This document shows, one piece after another, positions 46,748-48,870 of a DNA stretch of 48,870 nucleotides. Position numbers and translations under genes: made by a program. The notes under the pieces were generated by a model. The model had not been told where the DNA came from. It did not search any database and was given only the letters and a program-made list of their open reading frames with translations. The stretch's first letter is position 1. Every line of letters starts with the position of its first letter. Source of the stretch: Polyangiales bacterium (GTDB taxonomy: Bacteria; Myxococcota_A; Polyangia; Polyangiales; Houyiibacteriaceae); NCBI GenBank assembly GCA_045106895.1, contig JBGCFM010000241.1, forward strand, positions 1 through 48,870, given 5' to 3'.

Positions 46748-47746
46748 ATGGAACCCCACGATGTCATGCGCTGTGCGACCTACAGCTTCTACGGTGGTCC
46801 AGAACTCCTGGAAGTTTCCGACTGGCGCCGGCCGCACGTCCAGCGTGAAGGTGAGGTGCGCGTCAACGTGCACGCGGCGGCGCTGAACCCCAAAGACATC
46901 CTGGTTCGCAAGGGCAAGATGCGGATGTACTACGGCGAGCTTCGACGCCAGCGACACGCGCGTTTCGTCCGCATCCCGGGTTACGACTTCGCTGGTGTGG
47001 TCGACGAGTCTCGCTCTTCGCGCTTCAAGGTGGGCGAACGAGTCTTTGGCATGGTCAACGGATGGGACGGAGGGACCTGCGCCGAGTATGTCTGCGTGAG
47101 CGACGACGAGCTCACCCACGCGCCGGAGCGGCCTATGAGTGAGCTGGCGGCGATGCCTTTGGTCTCCCTGACGGCGCTCCAAGCGCTACGCGACCAGACC
47201 CAGCTTCAAGTCGGTGAGCACGTGGTCATCAACGGCGCGTCCGGCGGCCTTGGAACCGTGGCGATTCAAGTCGCGCGCATCATGGGCGCAGAGGTGAGCG
47301 CCGTGTGCAGCAAAACAAACGAAGACTTCGTCCGTGGACTCGGCGCGCACCACGTGCTGCCTTACGACGAAGAAGCCCTCGTCCGCCGAGACCTCTCCTT
47401 CGACGTCGTCTGCGACTTCTTTGGCACCGCGCCCTACTCGAAGGCAAAAACGCTTCTTCGGCGAGGCGGCCGCTACGTCACTGCGCTCCCTTCACCCGGC
47501 GCCGTCGCCCGAGAGCTTCTCTCCCGCGCGGGGTTGAGCCGTGCGCGACTCGTCGTCGTCCGTAGCAAAAGGAAGGACCTCGACGTCATCGCTTCTTGGA
47601 TGGACGGCGGCAAGCTGCGCCCGCTCATCGACTCGAGCTTCGACCTCGATGAACAGCCGGATGCACATCGACGCGTAGAATCGCGGCGGGCTCGCGGGAA
47701 GGTGATCGTCGACGTGCGCTCGTATATCGAACGCGTCGCTGGCTAG
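46748..47746 (+). CDS. NAD(P)-dependent MDR oxidoreductase (quinone reductase-like)
   Basis: VHAAALNPKD, PGYDFAG, INGASGGLG, RARGKVIV. Confidence 0.92.
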   Translation: MEPHDVMRCATYSFYGGPELLEVSDWRRPHVQREGEVRVNVHAAALNPKDILVRKGKMRMYYGELRRQRHARFVRIPGYDFAGVVDESRSSRFKVGERVFGMVNGWDGGTCAEYVCVSDDELTHAPERPMSELAAMPLVSLTALQALRDQTQLQVGEHVVINGASGGLGTVAIQVARIMGAEVSAVCSKTNEDFVRGLGAHHVLPYDEEALVRRDLSFDVVCDFFGTAPYSKAKTLLRRGGRYVTALPSPGAVARELLSRAGLSRARLVVVRSKRKDLDVIASWMDGGKLRPLIDSSFDLDEQPDAHRRVESRRARGKVIVDVRSYIERVAG

Positions 47747-48399
47747 AGCTGCGCTTGCGCGTGTTGCCTCTGCTCCCGCCACACCGCGGGCGTGACTCCG
47801 TGGACCCTGCGAAACAGGCGGATAAAGTGCGTGCTGTCTGCGTAGCCCACGCGCTCCGCGATGACGTCGACGATCTCATCAGAGTGCAGCAGCCGATTGC
47901 GCGCCTCCGAGAGTCGTCCGACAAGAATCCACTCGCCAACGGTCTTGCCCGTCGCTCGCTTCACCGCGCTGGCCACGTAGGATGTCGACTTGTTGAGTTC
48001 GGCGGCGACTTCACTCAACGAGAGCGGCCGAAGGCAGTTGCGTTCGATGAAGCGTAGCGCGTCGCCGACGAGGGTAGGCTGCAGCCCGGCCGACGCGCTG
48101 ACGGTGTGCGCCCTCGACACCTCGGCGAGGAGAATGGCGAGGAGGCTCTTCACGACCATAGGTTTGTGCAACGCGGCTTGGCCTTGTGTTTCTTCGGCGA
48201 GGAGTCTGCAGTTCGCTTCGAAGCGAGACCTTACATCCGGCGGAAGCGTCACCACCGGGGAGGCACCGGCTCGCGCTCGCTCGAAGGGGTCGAAAAGCTC
48301 CACAAGCTCCGTCGGCGCAAAGCAGGGCGCGCAAAAGCCGACGCCCCACGACGCCCGCTCTTCGGCGCGAAGTACGCGGTGCGGTTCGCCGTACTTCAT
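47743..48399 (-). CDS. AraC family transcriptional regulator (possibly N-terminally truncated)
   Basis: C-terminal double HTH with IAERVGYADSTHFIRLFRRVHGVTP; protein begins at a GEPHR cupin motif. Confidence 0.85.
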   Translation of the reverse strand: MKYGEPHRVLRAEERASWGVGFCAPCFAPTELVELFDPFERARAGASPVVTLPPDVRSRFEANCRLLAEETQGQAALHKPMVVKSLLAILLAEVSRAHTVSASAGLQPTLVGDALRFIERNCLRPLSLSEVAAELNKSTSYVASAVKRATGKTVGEWILVGRLSEARNRLLHSDEIVDVIAERVGYADSTHFIRLFRRVHGVTPAVWREQRQHAQAQL

Positions 48400-48477
48400 G
48401 CAACGATCGTGCGTATCCAGGTACTCCTACGGTAGAGCGGGGACGCGCCTGGAATCGGCGTATCGTGTAGCAGCGCG

Positions 48478-48870
48478 CTAGAACTCTTCTTGCTCAAGCC
48501 GCCGAAGGTCGACATCTGGGTAGCCGTGGCGAACGAGCTCCGGCAGCCCAAAGCTGCGCTCGCGTGGGTCGAGAAACGCACACAAGACGGCGTCGATGGG
48601 CGCGACTTCGGCTTTGATTCGTTCGCTCGTAGCTTCGGTGAGCCCGATCATGGCGCGAATGGGGCCATCGCCGCATTCGAGCCAGCCGCGGTTGTGGCGA
48701 AGGAGCTGTTCGACGCCGACGCGGTAGCCCAGGAGTTCAACAAAAGCATGATGGTACGCGTCGGGACGAGGGCGCTCCGGGCGCTCAAGCTTCGTGGCGG
48801 CCCAGAGCGCGTCAACGCCTTTGTGATGGTTCGGCTCCTCGTTTTGCAGCCACGTTCCGCGGGTCATCGC
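48478..48870 (-). CDS. Hypothetical protein (probably partial, runs off the window edge)
   Basis: Open frame to the window end with high-GC3 codons. Confidence 0.5.
   Translation of the reverse strand, partial: AMTRGTWLQNEEPNHHKGVDALWAATKLERPERPRPDAYHHAFVELLGYRVGVEQLLRHNRGWLECGDGPIRAMIGLTEATSERIKAEVAPIDAVLCAFLDPRERSFGLPELVRHGYPDVDLRRLEQEEF

Noticed and set aside
1..48870. Mobile elements, prophage, tRNA/rRNA, anti-phage defence genes
   Set aside because: No transposase, integrase, phage structural, nuclease or RT motifs, or tRNA/rRNA signatures were recognised by eye.

Overview
High-GC bacterial chromosomal segment with gene content typical of Myxococcota (DUF1552/DUF1592, DUF2378-like, ECF-FecR cluster, Ser/Thr kinase, many lipoproteins). 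About 47 CDS are supported. I saw no rRNA, tRNA, CRISPR array or mobile element. The main observations are: (1) an ECF sigma/FecR-TPR/outer-membrane protein/lipoprotein operon lying back-to-back with a DUF1552-DUF1592 operon, where both start codons carry a matching promoter-like motif CTG(A/G)GACG-N14-CGCC(T/A)CT-N8-start, which suggests one cell-surface-signalling circuit; (2) two ribosome-rescue loci, a divergent EF-G paralog and an hflX plus unusually minimal ABC-F operon, each preceded by a uORF and a 250-300 nt hairpin-rich leader; (3) a putative sigma54 operon encoding a Cys-rich lipoprotein, a sulfotransferase-like protein and a translationally coupled degenerate paralog; (4) tandem GGDEF-EAL paralogs, one with a degenerate cyclase motif; (5) a 2OG-Fe(II) oxygenase-WD40 fusion with an upstream palindrome. 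All family calls come from motif recognition by eye, not from database searches.
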